This document shows positions 23,301 through 24,000 of a stretch of 24,000 nt of DNA, piece by piece. This stretch comes from Bacillota bacterium. GTDB taxonomy: Bacteria > Bacillota > Clostridia > Acetivibrionales > DSM-1351. The stretch covers positions 55,094 through 79,093 of the forward strand of contig JAEWCZ010000073.1 of assembly GCA_023390335.1 (NCBI GenBank). Reading direction: 5' to 3'. The position numbers were made by a program, and so were the translations under genes. A model generated the notes under the pieces. The model saw only the letters and a list, made by a program, of their open reading frames with translations, searched no databases and was not told the DNA's origin. How positions within the stretch are numbered: position 1 is the first letter of the stretch; each line of letters begins with the position of its first letter.

Positions 23301-23678
23301 ATGAAAGGACAATATACCATGGATAAAGTAGAAAACAGACAAGGTTTTGGCCTAGGACACCTCGTATTACGTGTAGTAATAGGAGCTGTCATTCTGGCAA
23401 TCACAGCATTTTTAACACCAGGTTTTTCGATTTCATCATGGTTTTCATTATTGCTTGCAGCAGTAGTACTGGCAGTATTGGACTGGGCAGTAAACAAGAT
23501 AACAGGTGTAAATGCAACTCCATTCGGCCGTGGAATTTCCGGCTTTATAGTTGCAGCCATTATCATCTATGCTATCAAGTTTATAGTACCGGGATATAAT
23601 ATATCTCTCATAGCTGCTGTTATTGCTGCACTGGTATATGGTGTAGTCGATGCAATTATTCCAGGACGTGGTATGTAG
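23301..23678 (+). CDS. Phage holin family 4 (YvlD/DUF360-like) membrane protein
   Basis: 125 aa with 3-4 TM helices; GHLVLRVVIGAVILAITAFLTPGF is typical of the family. The start could instead be the ATG at 23319. Confidence 0.65.
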   Translation: MKGQYTMDKVENRQGFGLGHLVLRVVIGAVILAITAFLTPGFSISSWFSLLLAAVVLAVLDWAVNKITGVNATPFGRGISGFIVAAIIIYAIKFIVPGYNISLIAAVIAALVYGVVDAIIPGRGM

Positions 23679-23711
23679 ATACCATAGAGGAATACCTGCA
23701 AAAATGACGTT

Positions 23712-23742
23712 TAGGAGCGGCTGTTTTACAAGGCCGCTCCTA
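23712..23742. terminator. GC-rich hairpin, probable terminator (orientation ambiguous)
   Basis: taggagcggc-(11 nt)-gccgctccta. It is followed by an A-run on the plus strand, so the U-run on the minus strand precedes the stem. It lies between the holin-like stop and a convergent partial ORF. Confidence 0.4.
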
Positions 23743-23856
23743 ATAAAAAAAAATCCCTCTCACAAGGGAAAGATAAGATTATTATTGAATCAGTATGCCG
23801 TTATATAGATTATTCCATATTATATAGTGTTTATACCTTTATTTTCCACACATTTC

Positions 23857-24000
23857 CTACACTTTAACTCTTTCAGATATGCTCAAAAGATCTGTAGATG
23901 CATCATTTAGAAGCATAGAAATTTCATCCAAATCACTAAGAGTTTTTGCTTGTATCTGAATAATGGAATTAAAATCCGGGTAATCTGAGGAGTTATCAGA
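23857..24000 (-). CDS. Partial ORF (C-terminal 47 codons of a protein continuing beyond the window)
   Basis: The minus strand is open from the window edge: ...DYPDFNSIIQIQAKTLSDLDEISMLLNDASTDLLSISERVKV*. I recognise no motif. Confidence 0.3.
   Translation of the reverse strand, partial: SDNSSDYPDFNSIIQIQAKTLSDLDEISMLLNDASTDLLSISERVKV

Noticed and set aside
23237-23566. Minus-strand ORF, 109 aa
   Set aside because: It is antisense to the holin-family membrane protein, whose TM pattern is convincing.
1-24000. Search for CRISPR arrays, tRNA/rRNA genes and T-loop signatures (GGTTCGAATCC and its reverse complement)
   Set aside because: I saw no regularly spaced repeats of 25-40 nt and no T-loop consensus or cloverleaf candidates. 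The only notable repeats are the 40-bp pair and the 18-nt tandem reported above.

Overview
AT-rich Firmicutes/Clostridia-like DNA; the sporulation pair ytfI/ytfJ is present. By eye, positions 1 to ~19,700 are accessory, mosaic and more AT-rich. Positions 19,770-24,000 look like core genome: RumA/RlmD-type rRNA methyltransferase, mug, ytfI/ytfJ and a holin-family membrane protein. There are two candidate novel systems. (1) 60-6,600, minus strand: a tightly packed operon starting with an 18-aa ORF missing from the ORF track (MKQWNKPVVRVRVIYADC, strong SD). It is followed by a perfect 15-bp hairpin, a radical SAM enzyme with a twitch/SPASM-like Cys tail, a B12-binding radical SAM enzyme, a Gfo/Idh/MocA-type oxidoreductase, a PqqD-like RRE, a fold-type-III PLP decarboxylase and an ABC exporter. 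I cannot match this RiPP or peptide-derived-small-molecule gene set to a characterised class. (2) 15,032-18,907, minus strand: a translationally coupled three-gene operon. It encodes an SF1 UvrD-like helicase, a DarT-like (DUF4433-type) ADP-ribosyltransferase, and an ADP-ribosylglycohydrolase (ARH/DraG fold) carrying a ~220-aa unknown C-terminal domain. This reads as a DarTG-like toxin/antitoxin or defence module with ARH in place of the macrodomain, plus a helicase. Between the two systems lie several decayed or orphan elements. These are a frameshifted IS4-like transposase remnant, an orphan 340-aa protein, a frameshifted large serine recombinase remnant and a tape-measure fragment fused in frame to a GNAT gene. 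Cargo genes follow (hypothetical, lipoprotein, methyltransferase, GNAT), the last two bracketed by 40-bp direct repeats. The stretch ends with a phage tail assembly chaperone that retains an A_AAA_AAC -1 frameshift site and a 5'-truncated-looking ImmA-like protease with zinc ribbons. I saw no rRNA, tRNA or CRISPR array.
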